DNA of 64,000 bases from NCBI RefSeq assembly GCF_964355755.1, contig NC_092671.1, forward strand, positions 32,560,304-32,624,303, written 5' to 3'. This DNA is from Antedon mediterranea. Its lineage: Eukaryota; Animalia; Echinodermata. Both the position numbers and the translations under genes were made by a program. Below are positions 29,316 to 41,813 of the stretch, in pieces (the first letter of the stretch is position 1; each line of letters begins with the position of its first letter). The notes under the pieces are model-generated. The model had not been told where the DNA came from. It saw only the letters and a list, made by a program, of their open reading frames with translations, and did no database searches.

Positions 29316-29999
29316 TTACAGCAACTTTTCAACAGTTTACGAAGATACCCTATCGACTGTACTTTTATAAAATGCAACTAATGCCAATAATACGAAACTA
29401 TAGTGCAATAACATTCCATATTCTCTCATATCAAAATTGTTGAAATATTCGATCGTAACATGGCGACGTATATTTCACTCAAAAGAACAAATCAATAAGT
29501 CGTGGGTTACAATATTATAGTTATTGTTTGAAGGTTTGGTCATAGGTATCATCATAGTCATCACCATAACATCTTGATATTACATCATTATCATATAGTT
29601 ATTTTCTAATGTTCTTTATGATTACAATTTGATCAACTTTATCAGTTATTAGTTTTACTAAAATTATTTATAAACTTGTTTTTTAGGAACATTTCAACAG
29701 GTTATGTATTCATTTATTTACTGTTACCGTACTTTAAAGTTGATTATTTAAAACAAAAATAATTCCTTAATATTCATAACTCTGGATATAATTATTGAAA
29801 TTAATTCATTAAAAGATCAAAGCTTATACTGTTTGTATTTATTAAGTGTTACTATATCAATTGTTTTCCGATCGCTTTGTGGTGATGCTTGTTTTATACA
29901 GTATATATCTATTGGATATAATCATTATTGGCTGTTGTTGATATACATTGATATTATAAATAACAATTTACAAAAAAGGCATATACGTGCTTGAAAGAA

Positions 30000-30444
30000 A
30001 TAGATGTATCACATAGATAGATGTTACATTGAAAATAGGCCACGACAGGCTGGATTTATTTCATAAACTTGAGTATAGGTTGGCTGTTTGGAATTGATTA
30101 TACCTCCGTAAACCAGTTCAATATTAAATCGAAAACTACTTCCAGTCAGTTGAACACTAATAATTAGTCGATAGATTAGTTTACCTTAATTCATTTCGGT
30201 TGTTATATGTTAATTAAATACAGTAAAAACTGGCATTGTTTAACTTGCAACTAAGTTGTTTAAGTTGTTTCGTCACAGTTGTAGAGCAGGTTTGATTCTT
30301 AAAAGGAAGAACAATTCTAATTATAGGCTGTTCAGCACTCTCTTGACTAGTAGTAATATGGTTATCATTGTTATGAAGATTAACAATAGATTCTTTGAAA
30401 TCGTTAATTATCCTATTAGTTAGTTCAACAGGATACCGTAATTT
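30000..30444 (-). pseudogene. Penelope-like element fragment: post-RT linker and degenerate start of the GIY-YIG endonuclease
   Basis: Minus-strand translation KLRYPVELTNRIINDF...IRIVLPFKNQTCSTTVTKQLKQLSCKL, a frameshifted PVFT, and QPVVAYFQCNIYLCDTS further left. Confidence 0.7.
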
Positions 30445-30584
30445 GTTATAGGAAACCTACAAACAAGGAACTTCTTCTGCATTATGATAGCCATGTCGAT
30501 AACAAACATAAGAAAAATAATGTACATACTATGCTTAATCGAGCATACAAGTTGTCATCTACTAATGACATCTTTCTTGAAGAA
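30444..30584 (+). pseudogene. Penelope-like element RT C-terminal (thumb) fragment
   Basis: Plus-strand translation CYRKPTNKELLLHYDSHVDNKHKKNNVHTMLNRAYKLSSTNDIFLEE matches the PLE YRKPT...L.Y.S...K.....RA..LSS....EE signature. Confidence 0.8.
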
Positions 30585-30589
30585 GATAT

Positions 30590-31100
30590 TTCTAAGATGT
30601 TGGTGTTTGCTTTCGCCGCTGACCCATTTCTTAGCATGAATATATCGTCATTGTCGATAATCTGGCATTTATATGTATTGGCTATTTTCTTCAGACCACA
30701 ATTTAGGGAGTTAACTCTTTCTTGATTCCTTGTATCATCTGATCTTGGACACACCGTTGAAATTACAATTTTTGTTTGTGGGGAATCTGTTTTGATCTGC
30801 TTGCAGTATTGTTGTTCTTTTTTTTCTTCTCGTTTGAAGGACTTTCGTTTGAAGTAGGTCTATCATTTCGTTTTGTACTTGATGGACTACCATTATTATT
30901 TGATGATAGGTTTGACGTTGCTTTAGTAGTACTTGCTACTTCTTTGTTGCAATTCAGTGCACATGTACACGTATGTTGAACTAGAATGCTTCTAACTGTT
31001 AGTCTAAGTTCTGTGATCATTTCTTTTTGCTGATTGACGATGGTTTTTAATGTACCAAGATAATTTTTCATTTTGGAAATGATGCATTGTTGATCAGCAT
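30590..31100 (-). pseudogene. Fragment of CR1/L2-type LINE ORF1 (coiled coil, S/N-rich linker, SGNH-esterase-like part)
   Basis: ORFs 30763..31071 (LKTIVNQQKEMITELR) and 30482..30754 (CPRSD...RVNSLNCGLKKIA...IIDND) resemble esterase-type LINE ORF1. Confidence 0.55.
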
Positions 31101-31149
31101 ATTGAGCTTAATAACTTAAGTTCTTAGAATTGTAGGCCTTCTTTGTTTT

Positions 31150-31315
31150 TAATTAACCAATTAATTAGTATTTCCTGTCACCCTTTGGTGTTTGTTATTT
31201 TTGTATAATTCAATCACTTGATCTTGAAAATGGTTCCATGACGGTTCCGAAACGTCGATGTTCCTTTTTTTTGTCAGTAAATGTTATTGTAAAGGTATAG
31301 TAAGCGTCTATTAAT

Positions 31316-31350
<35 letters not shown>
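31150..31350 (+). mobile_element. Penelope-like terminal repeat with a degenerate minimal hammerhead motif and (ATT)n tail
   Basis: CTTGAAAATGG...CCGAAACGTCG at 31223-31257, a T-rich flank, then (ATT)x~11 at 31318-31350; adjacent to PLE coding fragments. Confidence 0.55.
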
Positions 31351-32442
31351 GCGATAAAATTGTCTACTAATAATACATAGGCCTCATACGTACATAATGT
31401 TTGAGTCGCATACTATTAAATGCATTATTGTAATTTCTAAATCATTGAATCCTATGGCTGTATCACTAAAGACAAAATGGCTTACTAATTTCTAAACTAT
31501 ATTAAATGTGTTCATCTGTACGCACTGTATGAGCAATTAGGCTAGGCGCAACTTTACAGACTCGACAGCTGATGATAACTGATTGGGACATTCCGTTCAG
31601 AGTATGTGGTCGATTTCAGTAAGGTAACTTCTTATAATCTCTAAAATAACGTTGTGAAAGCCATCGAGTACTTTATCATATTGGTACAGTGATCTATTCC
31701 AATAATGCTCCATAAGCAATTTACTAATACTCTTAAATTAGACGGACTATGTTAAAAGATTGATAACATAGCCGGAAGAGGTTTATATGTTTTATACGTT
31801 CGGCTTCACGTAACGAATGGAGCTCAGTCACCATGTTATTACTTAAGAGGCATAATGTTTAGTTATAATATGCACATTATGCTTGTGGTAACCTCGATTT
31901 CACCTATCCGCTCGAACGAACCGACATGCTGGATGTTTTAAACACAAACAAAAATAATTGTAAAAAAAGATATAAAAAACATACATTGTAAAAGAAACAG
32001 TCTGTATATAATTATATTTATTGTTAAATTCTACAAAATCTTTTCATTTAGAAATGTATAACATTTTAAGGAAATATTCTGATAATTTTCGTGGCTATCT
32101 GATTTTATTTTGCGGAAGCGTATATTAGATTTGTTTTGCGCAAGCGTACGATTTAGATTTCTCATTTTTCCCGTGTAACATTATATAGAATATCAAATAT
32201 GAACGTCACATAAATCATGTTCATTACAAAAGTATTGAATGATTGAAGACGCTTCCTACATGGTACACCAAGGGAATAGTAACGTAAATACTAGAGGTCG
32301 AACATTTGACAACAATGAAAAACTTCTTGACATGTAACAATGTTATTGATAAAAAAAATCAGACCCGAACTCTAAGCAAGTTAACTCATATCATAACACA
32401 TTGCAACCGTAACAAACTGTAATTGCAACACATTTCATCATT

Positions 32443-32552
32443 AAGCTAGAGATACAACACAAGAACATAAACGCAACGCAAGTGAGTTGACCAATGACAA
32501 GCGACAGTTTATTCGAATCAAATGCGTTGCGTCCTATATTGGGAAACAAGCT
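32443..32552. mobile_element. Degenerate copy of the AACGCAA/TTGCGTT palindromic MITE
   Basis: AACGCAACGCAAGTGAGTTGACCAATGACAAGCG...TGCGTTGCGTCC...GGGAAACAAGCT; shares its core with 15151-15286. Confidence 0.6.
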
Positions 32553-34330
32553 CAGGTAACACTGTGGAACCGTAAAACACTGCAGATGCGTGAAATCGAT
32601 AATGTTTTAAAATTATTGTTTCACAATATGTAGACTATTTTTAAGAATATTGTAATTGTTTCATGAATAATGTTTTGATAAGGATGTATACAATTCTAAT
32701 TTTAAGTAAACTAGTTCAATTAAGTAGTTTCAAGAATACTACAAATCATAATTTTATTCATTTTTTTTTTTATTTTCAAGAATACTTATGCCTATATTTC
32801 TTGAAAAAAGTGTTTTTTTCTTAAACACATCAATGATTGGTATGGCATGAGAAAAAAACAAGGATAAAAACCGAAGATAAAAAAATATATTTTTTTCTCC
32901 CCTCAACGACATCTGCATTATTTGTTTCATTTCAATCCATCGCATGGGTTCAAAGCCACGGCGGTAAATACATAATGTTTAAGAACAGCGTCATTAACGT
33001 ATGATTATTTTACACATGAAATCATCAAGCGTAAAATTATACTTCGAATTGTTGCAGAAATATTACACATACAAAATTAGATATACATATTTACATTTCA
33101 ATAGTGTTAGTTTCTAAATTGAATCTGAATTCAACATTATTCTTGTTCGTCTTGGGGCCAATGAACCTGTGTAAAGTACTATCAATAAAGAATGCATCTC
33201 GTTCTGTCGTTATCGTTTACAGTTACGAGGGAATTGCTTAAGAATAAATTCTTATCCAAACTCATTTCAATTCATCTCTGACTTAACTAAAGCATATCCT
33301 AAGGGTAATTAATAATCAGCGATTGTGAAGTGAAAATCAATTTATTCTGTTCTGTTTGTTTCGGTAATATTATCATTAGTTAGTATAACTGTTGTCAGAA
33401 TAGTAAAATAACCAATTATTTGTATTGCATTGTTTTGTTGAAATTGGCGAAATAAAAAAAGTTGATTATATATTTGTTTAAACCCTCTATAATACTAGCA
33501 GTCGTTTCATTATTTTATTTAGAATAAATGTACCGGTATATTAAGATGATACATCGATTGAAAATATAAGCAAGGAGGTCAAACAAAAATTCGTACATTG
33601 GATATTACATATCGGATATGGTAGATCATTGTTCGGATTTTATCGACACGGTAGGGGGAATAAGAGAGTTACAGTTCACATCAGTATTTACGTCGTGTGT
33701 AACTCGGATTTGATTTTAATGCACGAGTAACTACAGTGCGTGTTAACAAATCTATGGACCCAATATTTGACCCTATCTAAATGAAACTGGCCCATGACAA
33801 TTCATCAAGTAAAATGAATGGGACAGTACTGTTAGAGCCCTACAGTTAATAGTCCTGTATATTACAATTACTACTGTATATAGATATATAATACAACCTA
33901 TAATCCTACTACCCTAGATATAGACATTCCTAACCTATTGATCCCAGCTCCGTTTCCATGGTAATTGATGAGTATAATATTAGTTTAAGGGGAGTTGGAA
34001 TCACTGTTAGTGTAGGAGATAGTTTTTAGTTGACCAGCTTGATGATAACACCTATGTATCGTAACTTGCTTGATATATATTATTCTATTAAATTATCGGA
34101 TCTATATTCTGTTGTGAAATACTGAAACAGTGTACGAGTACTTATGTTTAACATTTGGCGACCACGATGGGACAGGTAGGCCAATAAAGACATTTTAGAA
34201 GTAAAATAGAATTTAATGCTACCTGTTCAGCGACACGTCTGACCGATAATCTAGACTGTTGTGGTGCAATGAGTACTGGTAGGATCGTAACAAGAACCTA
34301 GAAATAAGAGGGTGAGTTAGATTGACTACC

Positions 34331-35564
34331 ATGGCAAATGATATGACACCACTTCAATGCTACGAACTGGTAATAAAGCAGATAAATGCCGCAGATCAGC
34401 AGACTTTATTAAAGGTATGCAATTACTTTTTTTAAAAAAAGGTACGAAGATATCACTGACAAGACAGATAGTAAATTGAAATTAGGGAAGAAGATTCTAA
34501 AAGAAATTAATAAAGATGAATTAGAAGCACTGTCTGACGAAGGTCTCATTGCTGTGTTAAATGATCTGAGTAAATTCATGTATGGGATTGTCGGTGTAAC
34601 GTCAAGTAATGTCACGACGACCAGTACGACTCCAGCGACGACGGATGGGGGCCTAGTTAGATTGACTAGACGAGACTTTAAAATTGCTGGACAAATTGGA
34701 GAGCCGGGACAAAAGGACCGACTCAAATTTTCAAGTTTGGTCCACCAAATTTAAAATGCCAAGCTAAAGGCCATCCCCGACTCGGAAATAATAGAAGCTG
34801 TTGTACGGGCCGTGGTACCAGGATCAGCTCTACGCAGTTATCTTAAATGTCGCCGAAACATCACATTACCAAATCTGCGCCGAATGCTGCGATCCCATTA
34901 TGGTGAAAAAGAAGCAACCGAGCTGTACCACCAGCTTTCGAGGAACACCCAAAAGCCGAGAGAATCAGCCGGCAGCTTCTTAGTTAGGACATTGGACTTG
35001 AGGCAGAAGGTGATATTTGCGAGCCAAGAGAGTGAAGCTGGTCTGGCATACGATCCCAAACTAGTGGATAGTATGTTCAGACATGCATTGCTGACCGGAT
35101 TAAGAAGTGAATCGATCCGAAATCAGTTAAGACCGTACTTACAGGACAAAGGAGTGACGGATGAAATACTGTTTGAACGTATGAATAGTGCGGCAAGCAA
35201 TGAAGCAGAGCGATGTGAAAAGCTTGATCGGCACCAGATTGTTGAGGTCAACAGAGTGCACGAAGAGAAATACCAGAAAGAATCTAAGAAACCTAAACCA
35301 AAGGAGAGCACCTTGATGCAGGAGATGGCAGAACTAAAGGCGGGAATGGCTGATATGACAATTCTAAAGACCCAAATGCAAGAACTGTTGACTAATGGAC
35401 CACCACGATTCCAAAGACAAGCACGGAGATTGTGCCAATCATGCCAGCAAAACAATGAAACGGAATGCAGTCATTGTTATATATGTGGGTTGTCAGAACA
35501 TTTCGCACGAGGATGTCGGGAAACGGCCGACGGTTACAGTCGGGAGACAAACTGTAACCTATAA
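34331..35564 (+). pseudogene. gag: Gypsy gag, disrupted (frameshift near 34430, stop at 34752)
   Basis: FKIAGQIGEPGQKDRLKFSSLVHQI*, then LRRMLRSHYGEKEATELYHQL..Q...ES...F, and a CCHC knuckle CYICGLSEHFARGC. Confidence 0.88.
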
Positions 35565-36668
35565 ATATCAACCCCACACGTCTCACATCTGTAACATCTC
35601 TCCAGAGAAAGAAGAGAAAATCGTTCGACTGGTAGGCAAGAAGTGTACAGTCACCTGCTACTTTGAAAAAGTGAAGACGACAGTACTCTGGGACACGGGG
35701 GCCCAAGTGTCGATAGCACCAGCCTGGTGGGTATCGACATATTTACCGGACATGACACCTAAACCACTTGATGAACTCATTGGGAACACCAACCTTTATT
35801 TACAAGCTGCAAATGGTACACCAATTCCATTCAACGGTTGGATCGAAGTGACCATGACTTTATCAACCAATCAGCCTGCACTTACGGTTCCCTTGCTAAT
35901 ATCACCAAATAATATGGAAATGCCAATCCTGGGGTACAACGTCATTGAGGAAATAGTGAAAAGAGATAACACCATTACGTCCATCCAAGCGGCTTTCCAA
36001 GCAATGAGAAAAACCGACATACAAGCATTTTTTAGCCTTATAAAAGTTGAATACCCACCTGAGGTAGCTACCGTCATCGTGGGGAGACAAGATGAAGTCA
36101 TTCCTAAGCAGGGATCCTCATGGGTGACATTTCAGGTACGCTCTCCTTTTTACTTTACCGGGAAATTACTACTATTTGAACCCGACGATCAGGCAGCACC
36201 TTCTGAGAAGTTACATGTACCACCTTCAGCAATAGTGACATAATTTTAAGAAGACGCACACAATTAGGCTCCCTGAATATATTTGAAGACATGGAGATCT
36301 GCGAAAAGGAAGCTGTACCAACGCCTGTAGTTATCAATTCAATGACTGATTCAGCCCTATGGATTCCACCAGTAAATTTAACAGACTTAAACAGAAATCC
36401 ACTTAGAACTGCCACTGAATTGCTGGTGGACGAGGCAGCAGCTTTTGTGAAGAATGACAACGATTTGGGATGTTTGCGAGATTTAAACATGAAAATTAGA
36501 TTAAAAGACGACGAACCCGTTCAAAAAACATATATTTCCATCCCACCACCACTGTATAGAGAGGTCAAGACCTATTTAAAAGATCTTATCGGCAGAGGAT
36601 GGATTCAAAAGTCTGAGTCACCGTATTCATCCCCTGTTGTATGTGTTAGAAAAAAGGACGGCACGTAG
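35560..36668 (+). pseudogene. pol: Gypsy pol remnant: aspartic protease and N-terminal RT
   Basis: Protease motifs VLWDTGAQVSI, LQAANGT, PILGYNVI; RT start PVQKTYISIPPPLYREVK...GWIQKSESPYSSPVVCVRKKDGT*. Frame break near 36243. Confidence 0.9.
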
Positions 36669-39600
36669 GCACATCAAGGATTCGCTTTCACTACGTGTTA
36701 AATAAGAGTAGCTTTATATACTGTAGGTTACTGTAGGTATTAAAAACAAATTTTTTTTAATTTAACCTAGGTACAGGTTAACTTCAGCATATTTTGTTTA
36801 ATTACGGCTTAACTTATAAACATAAATGTGTTAAAAAAATCTGTGTTTATATAAATCAAATGCTATAAATCTCTGAAAAAATATGCCTAAATGTATGTCG
36901 AGGTACGTGTTAAAATTCGATTCGAGAGGATTTGTGATTTTATTTAGTTTCTTCGAATTACGTACAAATGATAACAGTAATTGAAAATTGGGGGTGGGGT
37001 AATAAGCTGGTTTTTCCGAATACAAGTTTGTCGAATCCATTTTTCTGGGTCCAGTTTACTTAATTTCAATTTGCCGGGTCCATTTTGTCGAATTCTATTT
37101 TCCGACAAACACTTTAAAAATGACAACATTGTAAGGCATAATTATTAAAGTCTTATAAGGTGTCTTGGTATTTTTTTTCTTTTACATGCTTTGCTCGAAG
37201 AAATATTTATTTTTTTATTTTTTTCTTATTATGTTATTATTTATCGTCTTAGAAAATTATGATATGTCATTTTGTTTGTCCAAACAAATAATTGCCAGGT
37301 GTATATTTTCTTTTGTTAACCAACTCCTTTATTTGTGACAAGAATAACTTTTTTGGCCATAAAGTAAGCGGAACATGTAGTTTCAGTCAGGTGTTTCAGT
37401 TTGACATTATGTTGTATTTTTTTCTTTCTAGGAAAGTGTTTAACACTACAAAATAGCCTATTCAAAGTCTGATTTAATTAACCTTCATTTTTCATGTTTT
37501 TGGCGGACAATACACCTTAAATATACATGGTTGTTATAATATGGTATTGTTCATGTTACAAATGTATTATGATGTATAATTTACAGGTTTTTAATTATAA
37601 CATAAAAGAAACAAAAAGGATATAAATACATATTTATTCATAGCTCAGTAATATTTTTTAAAAAATATCGACAACATTAAACAGCATTATCTGTACAATT
37701 GTAATTATTTCAGGCCATTAAATGTACTCATTAAATCTGATGGTGACCGATAGTGGTGCAGAAGAGTGTATTTCTATGCGTTCCGTGTCTCACTGCGTAT
37801 GAACAATAAAACGTTATGGTTTATAGGCCTATGGATTATACTCATGAAAGAATGATTGTATCGGTATTGTATCGGGCATGATCAATTGTGTATAGCTTTG
37901 AACTAATCCAGTTCTAACACTACATTGCACATTGTCCATCTAGGCTATTACTAGGCAGGTCTGAAGCAGGCCTAAACAAGTTCCCTCTTAACCACCCCCC
38001 CCCCCCCCACAAACCATTGTAATTGCCAAGCAGAAATATAGGAGCCACAATAGTTATGTTCTATGTACTAGGTAATTAAACTTGTCATAGTATTGGACAT
38101 GGTGTGAACAGGATTTTAAATTCGATCCACTTATCACGGAAGCTAAGCGAGCAGGTTGAACAAACACATTTTAGGCTTCTCCCAAAGGTTCGTGACATTG
38201 GCACATGGGCGGTATAGTCGGGTAGAAATAGCATTTATTTTACATAACCAACTGCTGTGGAGAGAACATTGGCTGGTTAACCTGAGCTAATTGTAGCTGA
38301 TGAACGTTTAGCAATTTGAATATATTGCAAATTTGAAGTTTTTAAGATGCAAGAAACGTGATGGTAGCCTAATAATGGCGAGTCTTGGGTATTCCTAGCC
38401 ATATATTTGTAGGCTATAGACACATTTCTATCTCTCTTGTAACTACATGTACACTGGTCTTCCAAACCGTCTTGTAAGCAAAAAAACATTATTATAGTTT
38501 TCTTTGTCCGTAAATAAAACATTTGTTTAACTATATTTGTGACAGAAACTCCGAGAACAACACTCATATACATGTCTGGTCTTTGCTGTCATAACATTTC
38601 TATGCCATATTCCATAGGCTTACAATAATGTAAATTTTTTTGTATTGTTAGACGTAAGAAGATTAAGATAAATACCAAGCCCGTTGCGGAAACCAGGCAA
38701 CAAATGTGATTGTAGATGCTTAACTAGCCTAAAGCAGCGTATTTTGTGGAAAATAACCCTTTTGTGAAAAAAAGAACCCCCTGTAAACATCTTGGTTACG
38801 AGCTTGAATACCTAAGCATACAAGCCTACAACAAAAAATGTCATTCCTAATTTCTTCATTTTGGAAGTTAGATTAGCCTAACTTGAAATCATGTGAAATT
38901 TATTTTGCTCAAAATTAAAGTTGGCTTCCAACATCGAACTTGGCTGATTTTGAACGCCCGTTTTAATTGCCCTTGTGGTGTTTTCGTAGTAAATTATTAT
39001 CCTGCATATTACAAGAGATTTCTTCCTAGTAAATATTAACCCAAAATGTTATTTTGAATATCATAAATAAATAGCATCCGTGTTTGCGTTTGCCTTTGCT
39101 CGAGGGCATAAGATGAAAATCTATTTTCTGTATCAAATGTCACATTGCTGTCCTGTCCTGTCCAGTCTGGCGGTAATTGTGTAGTCTGATTTAATATACT
39201 TATTTCTATTTGTATCCTAATAGCTGACATGAAAAACCTAGTTACCTATAAACCTACTATAGTCATTATTAGTCTTTACAGTTACAGAACAATTCCTAAA
39301 TTACCTACTTGTTATTATTTGCAATTACTGTATTTATAATCCAAGACAATTCCCTCAGCGGCCGATTAAATAAAGAGACACTCCTGATTCTAGAAAATAT
39401 AGTATGGATGCCCACGGGTGAATTTGTTGATAACAAATTCAGATAGGGAACATTACTTGTTATTTCTATTCATTGAACAAATCATAAATATTTGTAGTAG
39501 GCCTAGTATGGAACGCTACGGCCAATAGTACCATGTAATCAACACATAGGATCATTATAGAGTTTGTCATGATCTTCATATTTCAGATGTTAGTATCATG

Positions 39601-39889
39601 CTATGTAATGCATTGTAAGAGTGACTTATGGCTCTATATCTGTTTATGCTCGACGTTTTAATCCCTTTTTTCAGCTGCACTTATTACAAATAAATGACTT
39701 ATGATTGACACTAATTCGGAAATTTGCAAGTGAAGTAGTGTATCATAATTTATGTTGCTCTAAATAGAGCTTAATTTATGGACCGGAAGTTTCTTCCCTG
39801 GGTTTGAATATGCGTTTCACATGTCTAATTCTGAATACAGTATTTATTGTAATGTGAATTATGTACGTTTTGATGTAGTTTCTAAACGT

Positions 39890-40025
39890 ACGCTTCGGGT
39901 TTTGCTGTAGTTTGTGTAGACGTTTCGCTATTGTCTGAATGCGTTTCGCTATCATCTGAATGCGTTTCGCCATCGTAGGAATGCTTTTCGCAAACATCTG
40001 AATGTGCGTTTTGCTGTAGTTTGAA
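39890..40025. repeat. ~21-bp minisatellite (GCGTTTCGCTATTGTCTGAAT-like), ~5-6 degenerate units
   Basis: Repeated CGTTTCGC..TCTGAATG units. Confidence 0.75.
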
Positions 40026-40169
40026 TAATTATAATACAGTACTTCGCTGTAGTGTCAATATAGGAGTCTCGCTGCAAATAGTCGTAATAAATGTGACACT
40101 AAGTATATAATTTATAACGATTGGTGCGTTTTTAGAACACCTAGGCCTATATTAAACTTGATTTACATT

Positions 40170-40673
40170 AGGGAGGTTTCGCAACCATACGAATACGATA
40201 ACGAAAACGGATACGTCACACATTTGTGAAGCTTTTGAGCTGATCCCCATTTCATATTCGTAAAGCGTATTCGTATTGACGAATATCACCCGTCATATTC
40301 GTAACTACAAAACGAGTATAGTTTTTGATCTATTTTGCACATTTTGCATTTGAATCAGGAATGATTCATGATTATAATAATTATAATTATAGATTTATTG
40401 AAAGTAATTCACTAAAGTAATTTACTAAAATGCCAAGTCAATTTTGATAAATAGCAGTTTTTAAAGTCCTCACGCGCTTTGATGTTACGCTAGGCCTAGG
40501 CAGCCAAGCACCACGTACCTGCGCTTCGCTCAAATTTACCGCAGTCATATTTTGGACGCGCCTCAATATTTCGTTGCCATGAAACAGATTTGTTTTATGG
40601 CTTACGAAAACGAATACGTGTGCGTGACGTATCCGTTTCCGTTATCGTATTCGTAAGATTGCGAAACCTCTCT
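40170..40673. mobile_element. TIR MITE (~504 bp), ISL2EU/PIF-like termini
   Basis: ~52-bp TIR AGGGAGGTTTCGCAACCATACGAATACGATAACGAAAACGGATACGTCAC / GTGACGTATCCGTTTCCGTTATCGTATTCGTAAGATTGCGAAACCTCTCT. Superfamily is inferred. Confidence 0.85.
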
Positions 40674-41813
40674 ATTATTAATAATGATTACCGATAGATC
40701 AATTTGGATTACATACATCTACTAATATTTACATTCAAAAGCAGTGACGTATTGTAGGTTACAGTTGACGATGGCCATTAAGTTGGAACTTTCCTATGAT
40801 GTATTCTTGTAATGAAAAAAAGAACTTTATTCTCATAAAAGGTTCGTTTCGGTTGAAATGCCTTTCTTTTTCTCACACGTCCTCATTTTGTAGGCCCGCA
40901 ACAGCTTTTATTTTTAAAAAGAGGTCTGGCCTATTAAAGTCTTTCTGTGTGTTTAATAGTCTGCAGATTGTAATTTCCACTAGTAACTTTGTATTTTGTT
41001 ATTTTAGACAAATACATTTTTTTATTTCAAATATTGTTCGCAGATGACCAATAGAAATATAGGGTTTAGCAAGATATTTATTTTTATTTATTTTATTTTA
41101 TTTTATGTCTTTAGGCACTGTGGCCAAGGATTACCAATAGTGAATTAATCACTGTCCTATCAGATAGGTGGTAATCCCCCTGATACAGAGGCTATTGTGT
41201 GAACCAGTTCACCGGGGTAACCCCCTATGATATGATTTAGCACACTACGATACGATTGTAATTTGAACGATTCTCAAATAAAATGCTGCCAAAACAGTCT
41301 TAAAACCGCGCGGATATTGAATTGTTTTACAGTAGCCTAACTAAGCGATAAACTAACATGAAAGGAAGGATCAAAAGTAAAGGAGACTGATTCTTATAGT
41401 TCATATGCTTGCTACATAACGATTATACCACATAAACGTAAAGCCTATCATATTCTACTGATGATGCTGTGACTCACGATATTATTAACATTTATCAGCT
41501 GCAGTACTGGTCATTTCGCTTGGGACTTGTTTTAAATTGGTCAATTCGTACCCACCTACTTAGGATACATTGTTCAAACCATAGCCAATATAATCGATCA
41601 CGATATATCGTCAGCTTAGCATTCTAGGCGCAAAATAATATAACTATTGACAACTTATTAAAGCATTTAGGCTGAAATGAGTCGCTACTTAAATTACAAC
41701 ATTGCGGTATCTAATCAATTCGTGTTTGGTTGCTCATTCATAGTAATGGACAACCGTATTTTTACTTTCATATAATAGCATTATAAACATGTAGAGCGCT
41801 AACCCTCCAAGCG

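Larger units (their letters stand above)
33698..36668 (+). mobile_element. 3'-truncated Ty3/Gypsy LTR retrotransposon (5' LTR, PBS, gag, protease, start of RT)
   Basis: LTR ends ...GTTTAACA at 34153; its start is TGTAAC at 33698 or TGTTAAC at 33741 (uncertain). PBS TGGCGACCACGATGGGAC at 34156-34173. Coding similarity stops abruptly at 36668; no RNase H, integrase or 3' LTR. Confidence 0.92.

Noticed and set aside
38676-38805. Possible small MITE (CAAGCCCGT...ACGAGCTTG)
   Set aside because: Only a 9-bp imperfect IR and an ambiguous TSD; insufficient support.
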